From Eubacteriales bacterium (lineage in GTDB: Bacteria; Bacillota; Clostridia; Oscillospirales; QAKW01), in assembly GCA_045541455.1 (NCBI GenBank), contig JAZQJA010000032.1:2831-66830 (forward strand): DNA of 64,000 nt, read 5' to 3'. The position numbers were made by a program, and so were the translations under genes. Each line of letters opens with the position of its first letter. The stretch's first letter is position 1. Below, piece by piece: positions 46,817 through 56,385 of this stretch. The notes under the pieces are model-generated. The model searched no databases and was not told the DNA's origin. It saw only the letters and a list, made by a program, of their open reading frames with translations.

Positions 46817-49161
46817 CAGTCACGCTTTACCATCATTTCCTGATATTCTGACATAGTCATATTTACCTGGCGCGGTTTTGCACCCTCGTACTCGCCGATG
46901 ATACCCTTTTCTTCCATTATGTCAATAATTCTTGCAGCCCTTGCATAGCCGAGTTTAAATTTACGCTGAAGGTTTGAAGTAGATGCTTTTCCGCTTTCAA
47001 TTACAAACTCAACGGCAGGCCAGAACATCTCATCTAAATCCTCGTCTTCCGAACTGCCGCCTGCGGCACCGCCGTCTTTTTGAGAGTAATTTTCCATAGC
47101 GTCGTTTGCACTTTCATCGTATTGTGCAGTGCCCGAATATTTTTTAATATATTCAACTACCGATTCAACTTCGGCGTCGCTTACAAAACAACACTGTATT
47201 CTGCGCGCCGCGCCCATTGTTCTGCCTTTAAAGAGCATATCACCCTTACCAAGCAGTTTTTCAGCACCCGAACCGTCGAGTATAACGCGCGAGTCGGTGT
47301 TGGACGTAACGGCAAAAGCAATTCTTGAGGGGACATTGGCTTTGATAAGTCCGGTTACTACATTAACAGATGGCCGCTGTGTTGCAATAATCAGATAAAT
47401 ACCTGCAGCACGCGCTTTTTGGCACAACCTTACAATGTAATCCTCAACCTCTTTTGCACATGTCATCATAAGGTCGGCAAGCTCGTCAATTACAATTACA
47501 ATTTGCGGCATTTTTTCACAGTTTTCCGAGTGCTTTGCGGCATAGGCGTTGTAACCGTGAATATTTCTGGCGTTAACGCTAAAAAACATATTGTACCGCT
47601 TTTCCATTTCGTTTACCGCCCACTGCAAAGCGCCTGCGGCTTTTTTGGGGTTTGAAACAACAGGTACAATAAGGTGAGGTATTTTGTTGTAAACTTCAAG
47701 TTCAACTACTTTCGGGTCAATAAGTATAAGTTTTACATCTTCGGGTGATGCCTTGTAAAGAAGCGACATCAAAATGGTGTTTATACATACCGATTTACCC
47801 GAACCTGTAGCACCTGCAACAAGTAAGTGCGGCATATCTGACAGGTCGCCGTAAACAAGGTTACCAGAAATATCTTTGCCCAACGCCACGGTTAGCGGAT
47901 TTTTGGAGTTTACAAACTCGTCAGAGTCAAGCAACTCTTTTATATATACCATACTTTTTTTCTTGTTTGGCACCTCAATACCAACCGCGGCTTTACCCGG
48001 AATTGGCGCCTCGATACGTATTGTTGTTGCAGCAAGCGACAGCGCTATATCGTCGGCAAGCGATGTTATTTTAGAAACGCGAACACCCTTGCTTGGTGAT
48101 ATTTCATAGCGCGTTACGATAGGGCCTACAGATGCACCAACCATTGTGGCATCTATGCCAAAATCAGACAACGTTTGCATAAGTGTTTTTTCTGTTTGCA
48201 TAAGTTCTTGACGGGTAATTCCGCCCGTTTGTTTTGGTGTTTCCAGCAAACTTTTAGGCGGGAACATATACATCTGTTGCTGCTCACCCGAAATCTCTTG
48301 GCTTTCGCTTTTCTTTGCGCGCGGTTTGCGTGCCGGTTTTAGCGCTTCTATGTTTGCAGTTGTTACATATTCGTCGGCGTTTACATCGTCATGCACAAAA
48401 AACGGTATACTTGAAAACGGTTTTATTTCAACATCGTCACCGTCGATAATAATTTCAGGTTCAGCCGTCGGTTCGTCTTGCATTGCAACAGGTTCTTCGT
48501 CAACAAAAACATCAATTTTCTTTGCGCGCCGTGGCTTTTCAACCACTTCAGCGCGAACCGCTTTTGGCTCGCTTTTTTGCTCTTTTGCAAAAACAGATTG
48601 TATTTTACACCAAATCTGATAGAGAGTTATATCGAAAAATGTCAGAGCCGAGATAAGTGCAAGTGCTATAAAAATAATGGCAAAACCTATCTTTGTCAAA
48701 AGGCATATTAGTGGGTATGCAACAATACCTCCCACAATACCGCCGGCACGGCCTGCCATATCAACAATGCCGTCAGGTATAAATTCTAAAAAGCCAAACG
48801 AACCAAAATATTCTTTAGGTTCAAACAGATAACACACGCCCGAAAGCGAAATAACAAGCATAAGGCCTGTCCACAACCGAACTGACAGTGCAACTTTGCT
48901 TTCGCGGACAAGCGAAATGCCAAGCCATAAAGTAAATGCAGGCAAAAAATATGCCCCCGCACCGAACATTGTGTGCAACACCGAGTGTAAAACTGCACCG
49001 AACGCGCCAAGTGCATTTATGTATACTGATAAAAGCAACAAAAGGGTTACCGCAAATGAAATAACAGCAATAACACTTTCAAGTACTTCGTGCCGTAATT
49101 TTTTTGGCGCAGGCGTACTTGCTGCTTTTTTCGTTGTTTTAGTTTTTTTGTTTGTAGCCAT
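46816..49161 (-). CDS. ftsK: DNA translocase FtsK/SpoIIIE family
   Basis: N-terminal TM helices and an acidic/basic linker. Walker A GATGSGKS, IVIDELADLM, and a C-terminal gamma winged-helix (LQRKFKLGYARAARIID). Confidence 0.9.
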   Translation of the reverse strand: MATNKKTKTTKKAASTPAPKKLRHEVLESVIAVISFAVTLLLLLSVYINALGAFGAVLHSVLHTMFGAGAYFLPAFTLWLGISLVRESKVALSVRLWTGLMLVISLSGVCYLFEPKEYFGSFGFLEFIPDGIVDMAGRAGGIVGGIVAYPLICLLTKIGFAIIFIALALISALTFFDITLYQIWCKIQSVFAKEQKSEPKAVRAEVVEKPRRAKKIDVFVDEEPVAMQDEPTAEPEIIIDGDDVEIKPFSSIPFFVHDDVNADEYVTTANIEALKPARKPRAKKSESQEISGEQQQMYMFPPKSLLETPKQTGGITRQELMQTEKTLMQTLSDFGIDATMVGASVGPIVTRYEISPSKGVRVSKITSLADDIALSLAATTIRIEAPIPGKAAVGIEVPNKKKSMVYIKELLDSDEFVNSKNPLTVALGKDISGNLVYGDLSDMPHLLVAGATGSGKSVCINTILMSLLYKASPEDVKLILIDPKVVELEVYNKIPHLIVPVVSNPKKAAGALQWAVNEMEKRYNMFFSVNARNIHGYNAYAAKHSENCEKMPQIVIVIDELADLMMTCAKEVEDYIVRLCQKARAAGIYLIIATQRPSVNVVTGLIKANVPSRIAFAVTSNTDSRVILDGSGAEKLLGKGDMLFKGRTMGAARRIQCCFVSDAEVESVVEYIKKYSGTAQYDESANDAMENYSQKDGGAAGGSSEDEDLDEMFWPAVEFVIESGKASTSNLQRKFKLGYARAARIIDIMEEKGIIGEYEGAKPRQVNMTMSEYQEMMVKRD

Positions 49162-49256
49162 TTTGACCTCTCTATACAGTTATTCTATTTTATTATATCA
49201 TGAACACAAAGTGTTATGATATAATTGTCCATGTTTTACGGTTGCCGTGAAAGCGG

Positions 49257-49341
49257 CGAGTAAAACGGACATTAAATCAAATATAATAATCGTTTGCGAT
49301 GGACATTAAATCAAATATAATAATCGTTTGCGATTATTATA
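49257..49341. repeat. Composite intergenic repeat: 28-nt box + exact 34-bp tandem duplication + family C hairpin
   Basis: The box cgagtaaaacggacattaaatcaaatat is at 49257-49284. The unit ggacattaaatcaaatataataatcgtttgcgat occurs twice back to back (49267-49300 and 49301-49334). The hairpin tataataatcg, loop tttg, cgattattata is at 49316-49341. Confidence 0.9.
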
Positions 49342-49398
49342 TCATATAAAAATTTAATTTACTACTATTATTTTTTATATATAAATAAAGTCGTTTAC

Positions 49399-49427
49399 TT
49401 GACAGCACTTTGTAAAAGTTGTATAAT
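49399..49427 (+). promoter_or_regulatory. Consensus sigma-A promoter of rny
   Basis: TTGACA (49399-49404), 17 nt, TATAAT (49422-49427), 43 nt upstream of the ATG at 49471 (RBS GGGAGG). Confidence 0.55.
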
Positions 49428-49470
49428 TTAAAAGGCTATATATGCTAAATTCAAAAGGGAGGATTTTAAA

Positions 49471-51024
49471 ATGTCATCAACGGTTTTAGTTGCCGTTGCT
49501 GTAGGTTCCGCCCTTGTTATCGGATTTATTGCTTTTATATGTGGATTTTTTTATAGGAAATCGGTATCGGAAAAACAAATCGGTTCTGCTAACGATGAAG
49601 CCAGAAGAATAATCAATGAGGCGATAAAAACAGCCGACACTAAGAAAAAAGAGGCTATACTTGAAGCGAAAGAACAGTTACATAAAGAGAGAACTGAGCA
49701 AGAACGCGAACTCAAGGAGCGTCGTGTCGAGGTAACAAGGCAGGAAAAACGTCTTCAGCAACGTGAAGAAAGTCTTGATAAAAAATACGATAATCTTGAC
49801 AAAAAAGAAGAAATTTTAAACGAAAAAATTAAAAAAGCAGAGGAAACTCAGGCAGAGGCAGACGAGGTTAAGCGTGCACAGGTAGCTGTGCTTGAACGCA
49901 TCTCGGGCTTTACGGCTGATGCTGCAAAGGCTGAACTTTTCCGTCAACTTGAAGAACAGTTGCAACACGATTATGCGGTTAAAATTTCGGAGTACGAAGC
50001 AAGATATGCAGAAAACGCTGACGAAAAAGCACGCAATCTGTTATCTCTTGCAATTCAAAAATGTGCGGCAGACCACGTTGTCGAATCAACAGTGTCTGTT
50101 GTTGCACTGCCAAACGATGAGATGAAGGGCAGAATTATCGGTCGTGAAGGCCGTAATATACGCTCACTTGAAACAATCACGGGTGTTGACCTTATTATTG
50201 ATGACACACCAGAGGCTATTACTGTTTCCAGCTTTGACCCGATTAGGCGTGAGGTTGCAAGGCTTACACTTGAAAAACTCATTTCAGACGGCCGTATCCA
50301 TCCTGCACGTATTGAAGAAACGGTTGAAAAAGTTCGCCGTGACCTTGAAATAACAATGAAAAAAGAGGGCGAGCGCGCTGTGTTTGAAACCGGTGTGCAC
50401 GGTGTACACCCCGAATTTATTAAACTTTTGGGACGTCTTAAATACAGGACAAGTTACGGTCAAAATGTACTCAATCATTCTATTGAGGTGGCTCAGCTTT
50501 GCGGACTTATTGCGGCAGAGATGGGTGAGGATGTTGCCCTTGCCAAAAAGGCGGGTCTTCTCCACGATATAGGCAAGAGTGTTGACTTTGAAATGGAAGG
50601 TTCGCACATTCAAATCGGTGTTGACCTTGCTAAAAAGTACCGTGAGTCTGCAGGCGTTATTCACGCTATTGAGGCGCATCACGGTGATGTTGAAACAAAA
50701 ACAAACATCGCGGCTATCGTTCAGGCTGCAGATGCCATTTCGGCTGCAAGGCCCGGTGCACGCCGTGAAAACCTTGAAAATTATATTAAGCGCCTTGAAA
50801 AACTTGAGGAAATTGCAAACTCCTTTGAAGGTGTTGAAAAAACATTTGCAATTCAAGCAGGCCGTGAGATCAGAATTATGGTTAACCCCAATGACGTTTC
50901 TGACGATCAGATGGTATTGCTGACTCGTGACATCTGTAAAAAGATTGAAAACGAGCTTGAATATCCCGGTCAAATTAAGGTTCACCTTATTCGTGAAAAC
51001 CGCGCGATAGACTACGCAAAATAA
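49471..51024 (+). CDS. rny: Ribonuclease Y
   Basis: N-terminal TM helix, a long coiled-coil (E/K-rich), KH domain [12 protein letters not shown], and HD domain LLHDIGK. Confidence 0.9.
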   Translation: MSSTVLVAVAVGSALVIGFIAFICGFFYRKSVSEKQIGSANDEARRIINEAIKTADTKKKEAILEAKEQLHKERTEQERELKERRVEVTRQEKRLQQREESLDKKYDNLDKKEEILNEKIKKAEETQAEADEVKRAQVAVLERISGFTADAAKAELFRQLEEQLQHDYAVKISEYEARYAENADEKARNLLSLAIQKCAADHVVESTVSVVALPNDEMKGRIIGREGRNIRSLETITGVDLIIDDTPEAITVSSFDPIRREVARLTLEKLISDGRIHPARIEETVEKVRRDLEITMKKEGERAVFETGVHGVHPEFIKLLGRLKYRTSYGQNVLNHSIEVAQLCGLIAAEMGEDVALAKKAGLLHDIGKSVDFEMEGSHIQIGVDLAKKYRESAGVIHAIEAHHGDVETKTNIAAIVQAADAISAARPGARRENLENYIKRLEKLEEIANSFEGVEKTFAIQAGREIRIMVNPNDVSDDQMVLLTRDICKKIENELEYPGQIKVHLIRENRAIDYAK

Positions 51025-51079
51025 TTATGACACCCCGAAAAGCCAAACTTTTCGGGGTGTTGGTTTATAGGATGGAATA

Positions 51080-51508
51080 ATGAAAAAAGTTGATTTAGTG
51101 ATTGATAAAATGTACGAAAACAGGGTGCAATTGCTAAAATATTTTGCAGTTGCCTTGGTTTGTGCACTTTTTCGCACTCTGCTTGACAGCAGTTTGCAAA
51201 TAATCGGTGTGGCTGCATCGGGGGCTGAACTTACGGCTTATTCGCTGTGGGCGCTTGTTATGTTCTGGCCACTTAAAAAATTTGTTTTTAAATACCGTGC
51301 AAACGATATTTTTGCCTTGCTAAACCGCTTTTTTGTTTACCTTATGTGTGTTGCACTGCTGTGGCTTGCAAAGCAAATTTTGGTGTCGTTGCTTTATATT
51401 TTAACTAATAATATAACTGTTGCTTTAGCGCTTGGCGGTATGTTTTGCGAACTTATTTGTCTTGTGTTAATGTTTAAGGTGGCGTTTAAAGTTAAAAAAG
51501 ATAAATAA
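51080..51508 (+). CDS. Small 4-TM membrane protein, possibly GtrA-like
   Basis: 142 aa with four hydrophobic helices. The family call is tentative. Confidence 0.4.
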   Translation: MKKVDLVIDKMYENRVQLLKYFAVALVCALFRTLLDSSLQIIGVAASGAELTAYSLWALVMFWPLKKFVFKYRANDIFALLNRFFVYLMCVALLWLAKQILVSLLYILTNNITVALALGGMFCELICLVLMFKVAFKVKKDK

Positions 51509-51577
51509 TTGTTGTTTTTTGCTTTTTTATACTATATAATTATTTTATTGAGATACTAATAATCGGAGGTAATTAAT

Positions 51578-51745
51578 ATGAAAAATAAAAACACCCTCAT
51601 AATAGTTATATCTGTCATAGTTGGCGTGCTGGCAGCGGTGGCTGCAACACTGGTTGTGCTTAAACTTGTGAAAAACAAAAAAGAACTTCAGCCAACAAAT
51701 ATAATGTTTGAAAACGATTTTGAAAAGGACCCTGTAGAAGACTAA
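51578..51745 (+). CDS. 55-aa single-pass membrane peptide (below the ORF-track cutoff)
   Basis: Strong RBS GGAGG 8 nt before the ATG at 51578. Sequence MKNKNTLIIVISVIVGVLAAVAATLVVLKLVKNKKELQPTNIMFENDFEKDPVED*. A terminator follows directly. Confidence 0.45.
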   Translation: MKNKNTLIIVISVIVGVLAAVAATLVVLKLVKNKKELQPTNIMFENDFEKDPVED

Positions 51746-51746
51746 T

Positions 51747-51786
51747 AAAAAAGCGCGTAGCCAAATTTTTGGTTACGCGCTTTTTT
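51747..51786. terminator. Bidirectional terminator
   Basis: gcgcgtagcc / ggttacgcgc (one G-U pair), flanked by A6 and T6. Lies between convergent genes. Confidence 0.7.
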
Positions 51787-51808
51787 ATTAATTGTTAGTA
51801 AAGTGAAA

Positions 51809-53248
51809 CTAAAACTTTTTCCAGGCGTGGCGGCTAAACAGCATAAGCATAGGGAATAACTCAAGCCTGCCCGCCAGCATATCGAATATCAAAACCAGTT
51901 TCGCGCCTGCCGAAAAAGTCGAAAAGTTTCCTGCGGGCCCTACAATTTCAAGGCCGGGACCGATATTATTAAAGGTTGCAGCAACCGATGTAAAAGTTGT
52001 CACAAGGTCTTTACCGTCAAACGACACCAGAAATATTGACAATGCAAATATTAAAACATAGGTCACAAAAAACACATTGGTTGTACGTACAACTTCGTGA
52101 GGGATTTGTTTACCGTTTAGTGTGATTTTTTTAACACTGCCGGGATGGATATACCCGTGCAATTCTTTAGCTACCGTTTTAACAAGAATAATAAGCCGTG
52201 AAACTTTCATACCGCCGCCCGTAGAGCCGGCACACGCGCCTATAAACATAAGAATAACAAGTACTGTTTTTGATACCTGTGGCCATAAATTAAAGTCAGT
52301 CGTTGAAAAACCGGTGGTTGTGATTATCGAACCAACTTGAAATGCCGATTGTTGAAGGGCTATACCAATACTGCCGAAAATTTCACGAATGTCAACAGTA
52401 ATAATGGCAATTGCCGCCGCTATAATGACAAAATAGGTAAGCACCTCTTCATTTTTAAAGGCGCGCTTAAAACGTTTGCAGATAAGTAGAAAATAGAAAT
52501 TAAAATTAATGCCAAACAACAACATAAATATTGTTACAACTACTTGGTTATACATAGAATAACCGGCAAGGCTTGTATTTTTAACTCCAAAGCCGCCGGT
52601 GCCTGCCGTGCCGAAAGCCGTGGTAACGGCATCAAATAACGGCATTTTTCCAATTAGTAAAAATACAATTTGCAAAAGTGTTAGTACAATATATATCGAG
52701 TAAAGAATTTTGGCATTGGTTTTAACCTTGGGCGCAAATTTGTCAACCGAGGGACCAGGGCTTTCTGCTTTCATAAGGTTCATGTGGTTGCCGCTGCTCA
52801 TCGGCAAAACGGTAAGTATAAACACAAGCACGCCCATACCGCCAATCCAGTGGGTAAAACTGCGCCAAAACAGCATACTTTTGGGCAAAACTTCAACATC
52901 GGTTAAAATGCTGGCACCGGTCGTTGTAAAACCGGACACCGTTTCAAACAGTGCGTCGATAGGGTCCCGTATTGCACCGCTTATAATAAACGGCAAAGCA
53001 CCGATAATACTTAAAGCAAGCCAACTAAGCGCCACTATTACAAATCCCTCTTTGGCGTGTAGTTCGGCGCGTTTGGGTCGGGTCAGTTTAAACGGAAAAC
53101 CAATAATAACGCAAAGCGCAATACAAATCAGAAAAGCAATACCGCAGCTCTCACCGTAAATTAAAGAAACAGCAAGAGGCAACAGCATAAGCAGTCCCTC
53201 ACAGCATAAAATATACCGCAATATATATGCAATCATTCGGTAGTTCAT
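51809..53248 (-). CDS. trkH: TrkH/KtrB-family potassium uptake membrane subunit
   Basis: 479 aa and polytopic. Repeated pore-loop-like segments (SGFTTTGAS, GTAGTGGFG, TTTGFST, GSTGGGMK). Confidence 0.85.
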   Translation of the reverse strand: MNYRMIAYILRYILCCEGLLMLLPLAVSLIYGESCGIAFLICIALCVIIGFPFKLTRPKRAELHAKEGFVIVALSWLALSIIGALPFIISGAIRDPIDALFETVSGFTTTGASILTDVEVLPKSMLFWRSFTHWIGGMGVLVFILTVLPMSSGNHMNLMKAESPGPSVDKFAPKVKTNAKILYSIYIVLTLLQIVFLLIGKMPLFDAVTTAFGTAGTGGFGVKNTSLAGYSMYNQVVVTIFMLLFGINFNFYFLLICKRFKRAFKNEEVLTYFVIIAAAIAIITVDIREIFGSIGIALQQSAFQVGSIITTTGFSTTDFNLWPQVSKTVLVILMFIGACAGSTGGGMKVSRLIILVKTVAKELHGYIHPGSVKKITLNGKQIPHEVVRTTNVFFVTYVLIFALSIFLVSFDGKDLVTTFTSVAATFNNIGPGLEIVGPAGNFSTFSAGAKLVLIFDMLAGRLELFPMLMLFSRHAWKKF

Positions 53249-53259
53249 AGTTTTCAGCC

Positions 53260-54618
53260 TCAGTCATCAATAATATCCGAAATATCGTCAAGTCCTTTTT
53301 CCAGTGTCACAACAATTACCGAGTCACCTTTTTCAATGCTGTCGTTACCGCCGGGGATTATAATTTTGTCGTTACGGCAAATACAGCAGATAAGCAGATT
53401 TTGTTTAAGGTTTAAACTCATAATAGGTTTTGATGTAACGGGCGAGTCTTCGTTTACTGCAAACTCAATTGCCTCAACTGTGTTGTCAAGTAGACGGTAA
53501 AGCGTTGAAACGTTGTTGCCTGCCGAGTTTTTCAGTGCACGGACATATTGCATAATATAGTCAGCGGTGAGATACTTGGGATAAATAACACTGCCTATAT
53601 CCAACTCCTTTATAATATTGTCAAAGTCTAAACGGTTGACCTTGGAAACAAGTTTTGCATTTGAAATATCTTTTGCAAACATAGACAGGAAAATGTTTTC
53701 CTCGTCAATGTGTGTATTGGCAACAAAAGCACCGGCAGACTCAAGCCCTTCATCAAGCAATAATTTTTTGTCGGTGTCGTCACCGTGTATAACGGTAACT
53801 TCGGGTAAAAGTTCGTGCAGTCTTTCACACCGCTCGATGTTGCTGTCAATTATTTTAACGTCAACACCAGACTTTATCAATTTTTTGGAAAGGTAGTAGG
53901 CAATGGTGTCGCCGCCCACAATCATGGCGCTTTTTACCGGCTTGTGTTTTAGCGACAGTTTTGACAGAATGTTGCGCACTTTGCCGCCTTCCGCCACAAA
54001 AGAAACAGTGTCGCCCGCTTTGATAAGTGTACTACCAAACGGTATAATAACCTGTGTGCCGCGTTCAATTGCACACACAAGCATTTCAGCACCCGTCTTT
54101 GAATATATTTCGCGTATTTCGGCGTTTGCAAGCGGTGAACTTTCTGTAATTTTTATTTTAACTAATTTCACTTTACCTTTTGCAAATGAGTCAATGTTTT
54201 CTGCTGATGGGTATTTTAAAATATGTGCAATTTCCGATGCTGTTTCAAGTTCGGGATTAATTGTGCGAGTAATACCCAGGCTCTTTTTAATAAAGTCTGT
54301 TTCGCCGCTGTAAATAGGGCTTCTTACTCTTGCTATAGTATGGCATTTGCTTGCTTTTTTTGCCATAACACAACAAAGCAGATTAATCTCGTCCGATTCG
54401 GTAACCGCAATCAAAATATCTGCATTTTCAATTCCCGCTTCTTCTAAAACAGTAATGCTTACGCCGTTGCCGCATACACCCATTATATCAAAGCGCTCGG
54501 TAAGTGTTGCAATTTTATTTTCGTCTTTGTCAATTACGGTAATATCGTGTTCCTCACCTGACAACTGTCCTGCAAGGGTAGTACCGACCTGACCGCAACC
54601 AATAATAATTATGTTCAT
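53260..54618 (-). CDS. trkA: Trk system potassium uptake protein TrkA (tandem RCK modules)
   Basis: MNIIIIGCGQVG Rossmann and a second MIVGGDTIAYYL module, each followed by an RCK_C-like region. Confidence 0.85.
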   Translation of the reverse strand: MNIIIIGCGQVGTTLAGQLSGEEHDITVIDKDENKIATLTERFDIMGVCGNGVSITVLEEAGIENADILIAVTESDEINLLCCVMAKKASKCHTIARVRSPIYSGETDFIKKSLGITRTINPELETASEIAHILKYPSAENIDSFAKGKVKLVKIKITESSPLANAEIREIYSKTGAEMLVCAIERGTQVIIPFGSTLIKAGDTVSFVAEGGKVRNILSKLSLKHKPVKSAMIVGGDTIAYYLSKKLIKSGVDVKIIDSNIERCERLHELLPEVTVIHGDDTDKKLLLDEGLESAGAFVANTHIDEENIFLSMFAKDISNAKLVSKVNRLDFDNIIKELDIGSVIYPKYLTADYIMQYVRALKNSAGNNVSTLYRLLDNTVEAIEFAVNEDSPVTSKPIMSLNLKQNLLICCICRNDKIIIPGGNDSIEKGDSVIVVTLEKGLDDISDIIDD

Positions 54619-54755
54619 AATTTTACCACTCTATTAAAGTTATTTGTATAAGTATATCACATTAAATTTATACTAGCAATGATATTTTATTAAAAAATAG
54701 TCTTTACATCAGTGTGTGTTTTAGTATAGAATAAAAGAAAAAGGCGGAAAAATCT

Positions 54756-55811
54756 ATGCGAAAACTCAAACTCATATCAGCGTGGCTATTAATTGTTGTG
54801 TTGCTTTGCGGCTGTGCAAAAACAAACCCACCTGCTCAAACCCCTACAGACGAACAGCAAAACGATAATTCTCAGCAACAACCTCAAACACCAACCGGCG
54901 TTAAAAATCCGCTTACCGGCGAATATTCGCTTACTGACGAAACACAATTGTCATTAAGGCCTGTTGCAGTGTCTGTAAATAACCAACTTACAGCGCGTAA
55001 ATGCCAGTCCGGCCTTAATGATGCCGATATAATATATGAAACTTACGTTGAGGGTGGCCTTACCAGAATACTTGCTTTATATAAAGATATTTCCAAAGTA
55101 GGTGAAATTGGTTCAATCCGTTCAGCACGTTACGATTTTGTTGATTTGTGCCTCGGACACGATGCGACTTATATTCATGCGGGAATTGACCCCACATATT
55201 GTCAGCCGTATATAAAAGAAATGAATGTAGACAGCGCAAACCTGCTTTATGGTTCACTTTATAGTTATGCTTACCGTATTGAAAACGGGCTTGTGTTTGA
55301 ACACACACTGTACTCAACAGGCGAAAACCTAAATAAAATGTTAAAGGATAAAGGCTGGCGTACAACTGTAAAAGACGATTACAAAGGTGACTGGCAAGCT
55401 TTTAATAACGAAACTAAAAAACTTACAGGTGGTACTGCTACAAGCATCACTGCAAAGTTTTCGGGTGATTTTATAACCACATTTAAGTATGATGCGCAAA
55501 AAGATGTGTATATAAATGGTGAGCGTAAGGACTGGCATACAGGAAATGACGTTGCAGTTAAAAATGTTGTTGTGCTGTTTACAAGTCTTAAGATGTTCGG
55601 TGACGGTTATAGGGTAAAAGTAGGTCTTACAGGCGGTGAGGGTTATTATTTCTCAAACGGCACTTACCAGAAAATCAAATGGACCAAGGGCGGCGCATAC
55701 GACAGTATGAAGTTTACCGACGAAAACGGAAACCCGCTTAATTACAATCCGGGAAATTCGTGGGTTTGTATGGTAAGCAACGATATGCGCGGTGCTTTTA
55801 AATACGAATAG
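54756..55811 (+). CDS. DUF3048 (YerB-like) lipoprotein
   Basis: Lipobox LLCGC followed by a Q/P/T-rich linker. Then NPLTGE, RPVAVSVNN, SGLNDADIIYETYVEGGLTRILALY. Confidence 0.7.
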   Translation: MRKLKLISAWLLIVVLLCGCAKTNPPAQTPTDEQQNDNSQQQPQTPTGVKNPLTGEYSLTDETQLSLRPVAVSVNNQLTARKCQSGLNDADIIYETYVEGGLTRILALYKDISKVGEIGSIRSARYDFVDLCLGHDATYIHAGIDPTYCQPYIKEMNVDSANLLYGSLYSYAYRIENGLVFEHTLYSTGENLNKMLKDKGWRTTVKDDYKGDWQAFNNETKKLTGGTATSITAKFSGDFITTFKYDAQKDVYINGERKDWHTGNDVAVKNVVVLFTSLKMFGDGYRVKVGLTGGEGYYFSNGTYQKIKWTKGGAYDSMKFTDENGNPLNYNPGNSWVCMVSNDMRGAFKYE

Positions 55812-55821
55812 AGGTACTTTT

Positions 55822-56331
55822 ATGGATTTTAATAAAGTTTTACAGTCGCGCTATTCAGTGCGTAGTTTTGCGTCAACCCCGGTTGAGCAACAAAAGATAG
55901 ATAATATTTTAAATGCATTTAAATCGGCTCCTACTGCTATGAATATGCAGCCGGTGCGTGTATATGTTGTAAATAATCCCGATACTGTTAAAAAAATGAC
56001 CAAAGCAACCCCGTGCGTATACGGTGCACCGCTTATTTTTGCAATATGCCACGATGATGATAAGTGTTGTGTTCAGCAAAGCGGAAGACGGCTGGGCGAA
56101 ATGGACGCGTCAATTGCTGCGACATATATTATGCTTGCCGCTGCAAACGAAGGGCTTGGCTCTTGCTGGGTTTGTAGGTTTGACGCTGATGTTACAAAAC
56201 AGGTGCTGGGGATAGAGGATAACAAGATAGTACAATGTCTTATGATAGTCGGCTACCCCGAAAAAGACAGCGCGCCGTCGGATAGACATTTTAAACGCCT
56301 TGACCTTAGTGAAAGCGTAATATATAAATAA
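55822..56331 (+). CDS. Nitroreductase family protein
   Basis: Begins MDFNKVLQSRYSVRSF; also SAPTAMNMQP. Start at the ATG 55822 (GAGG RBS). Confidence 0.8.
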   Translation: MDFNKVLQSRYSVRSFASTPVEQQKIDNILNAFKSAPTAMNMQPVRVYVVNNPDTVKKMTKATPCVYGAPLIFAICHDDDKCCVQQSGRRLGEMDASIAATYIMLAAANEGLGSCWVCRFDADVTKQVLGIEDNKIVQCLMIVGYPEKDSAPSDRHFKRLDLSESVIYK

Positions 56332-56334
56332 AAT

Positions 56335-56366
56335 AAAAAACATCGCATTTAAATGCGATGTTTTTT
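56335..56366. terminator. Bidirectional terminator
   Basis: aaaaaacatcgcattt / aaatgcgatgtttttt, a perfect palindrome between convergent genes. Confidence 0.75.
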
Positions 56367-56385
56367 ATTTTATGGTTTTTTAGTT

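Noticed and set aside
49162-49256. Imperfect palindrome atcatgaacac-aaa-gtgttatgat upstream of ftsK, considered as an operator
   Set aside because: The arms are unequal, with an extra base in the left arm. The right arm overlaps a plausible extended -10 (TGaTATAAT) for ftsK. There is not enough evidence to separate it from promoter sequence.
50284-50985. 233-aa ORF antisense to rny, plus many other antisense or overlapping ORFs in the track (for example 9156..9497, 25134..25526, 27298..27750, 37127..37564, 41753..42100, 62443..62907)
   Set aside because: Each lies entirely inside a gene on the other strand or frame that has clear family motifs. Their translations are low-complexity, Cys/Phe/Arg-rich and without RBS support.
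54619-54755. c-di-AMP (ydaO/kimA-type) riboswitch upstream of trkA
   Set aside because: The 137-nt leader is uniformly AT-rich. I can see none of the conserved GC-rich ACGGGGA/CCC-type helices or pseudo-twofold symmetry.
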